This document shows positions 62,616-64,000 of a stretch of DNA of 64,000 nucleotides, piece by piece. The stretch is from Anthoceros angustus (lineage: Eukaryota > Plantae > Anthocerotophyta), in the NCBI GenBank assembly GCA_010909165.1, contig MU008149.1, forward strand, positions 124,001-188,000, given 5' to 3'. Positions within the stretch are counted from its first letter, which is position 1, and every line of letters begins with the position of its first letter. A model generated the notes under the pieces. It was not told the DNA's origin, did not search any database, and saw nothing but the letters and a program-made list of their open reading frames with translations. A program made the position numbers and the translations under genes.

Positions 62616-64000
62616 CACTCACCTCGAGCTCGACCTCACCTCAGAGCCGCCACTTCGACTCCGACTCCCCGCCCTGTCTGCCACCAACACACTCTCAGGT
62701 CCGTGTTTGTACATGCCAGGGACACGCTTTAGAGTCGGTTTGTAGCACGCAGTCGTCCTCTCCATCTCTAGAGACTTCTGCTGCCCCGACTCTCTGCAGA
62801 CTCGTGCTGACTTCACTTCTCCATCTCTTCTCAAGTAGTAGACCACCCTTCTTCGTGCTTTGCTTACTTATATTCATGGGCGATCCTCGCATTGCTTCTT
62901 TATTCCTTACCTTGCCTTGCTCTTCCCTGCACCCTCGGCTTCCCTTTGCCGGGGGATGGGAAGCCCTTGTTATATACACCTCACCTGCTAACGCCCGCCC
63001 GCCCGCAGCGTCCTTAGAGTCGCTCCGATTCAGGTTAATTTGACCCCTTGGTTCCAGAGTTCCCCTCTCCTTTTTGCGGTCCGAGCCATGGATGGGTTTT
63101 TGCGCAGCTCCAGCATGTTCCCCGGCCTCCCTCCAACAAAACAAGCAGGCAGGTCGGATGAACGGGCTGGTGCAACTTTTTTTGTCCCGTTCTTTCTCTT
63201 GTTCCAGCCAACAGACAGGGCCGGTCCGGTGGCTGGAGCCCGCGGGTCAGATCTGGTCCTCCGCGTGATCATGTCCATGGATGGACGTGGATGGATGGAG
63301 TCATCAGGAGGCTCAGGATGGCATGCGTAGGATTTAGATGACAGGCTCCAACACGGAACTTGAAGGCTGGCTAGCAGGCTTTGGCCGACAGGAGCAGGCA
63401 GGGCGGGCCAGGGTAGGGACGCAACGTTGATGCGCGTCTCAACTTTCTTGGGTTGCAGCCGGCTGCTGCTGCCATAGCCGGGAGCTAGGACTGCCTCTGC
63501 GGGTCTCTGTGTTGGTAGCATTTGTAATTATATCACTAGAGTTGAAGGAAACGGTTCTCATTCGTACCGTAAGTGACTTCAAAGTTGGTGACTCTTACAA
63601 TTTGCACAGTTCTTTCGTCTTCCATTCTAGACCCTTCCTCCATCCCTCCTTCCTTGATGTGCTTGGACATGGACCTGGACCCCGCCCTAGAAACATCTAA
63701 CCGTATGTATCTACTGCAAAGCCATCTGGACTTCCAAATTTTGTAAGCTTCCGGAAGAAGCAATGTGTTTTGCTCTATCAAGTTGGCTTTAAGTGCTTTC
63801 TTTCTCGTAGTCTCACGTAAGCGCCAGCCTCCGGTACAGCATCCAACTTGGGGTGCTTGCAGCGTCGATCGGTCACGCCTTGTCCCCTGCAGCGACGAGC
63901 AAGGCAGCATCTGCCTGCCGGGTGACGACGTATCCAGGTCACCCAGAAGCGTATGTACGATGTACACCGAGGGTATAAGGCGCACGGTGACGCTGATGAG

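Overview
Compact, GC-rich land-plant nuclear DNA with short (mostly ~70-150 bp) GT-AG introns. A non-seed plant such as a hornwort or lycophyte is my inference. Host genes: an organellar EngB/YihA GTPase (minus, runs off the left edge), an orphan ORF with 23-aa repeats, DPE2 4-alpha-glucanotransferase (minus), a DUF707 protein (minus) head-to-head with a TTC27-like TPR protein (plus), a conserved unknown plant protein whose DDLYDYEED motif is assembled from a 13-nt microexon (plus), and a WIP-type C2H2 zinc-finger gene present as two near-identical copies. The centre holds a transposon nest that can be resolved to the base. MULE-1 (27474-37619, 9-bp TSD) contains a 2.7-kb Copia element with non-canonical TA...TA LTRs, a 5-bp TSD and a clean 1.2-kb internal inversion. 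It also contains MULE-2 (34471-37607, long TIRs, perfect 9-bp TSD), inserted in the last few bp of MULE-1's own TIR. Both transposases resemble the angiosperm domesticated SWIM/MULE family (At4g13970-like, recalled from memory). Several near-identical local duplications joined at microhomologies, differing mainly by 1-2 bp indels, look like long-read assembly artefacts and need read-level checking.
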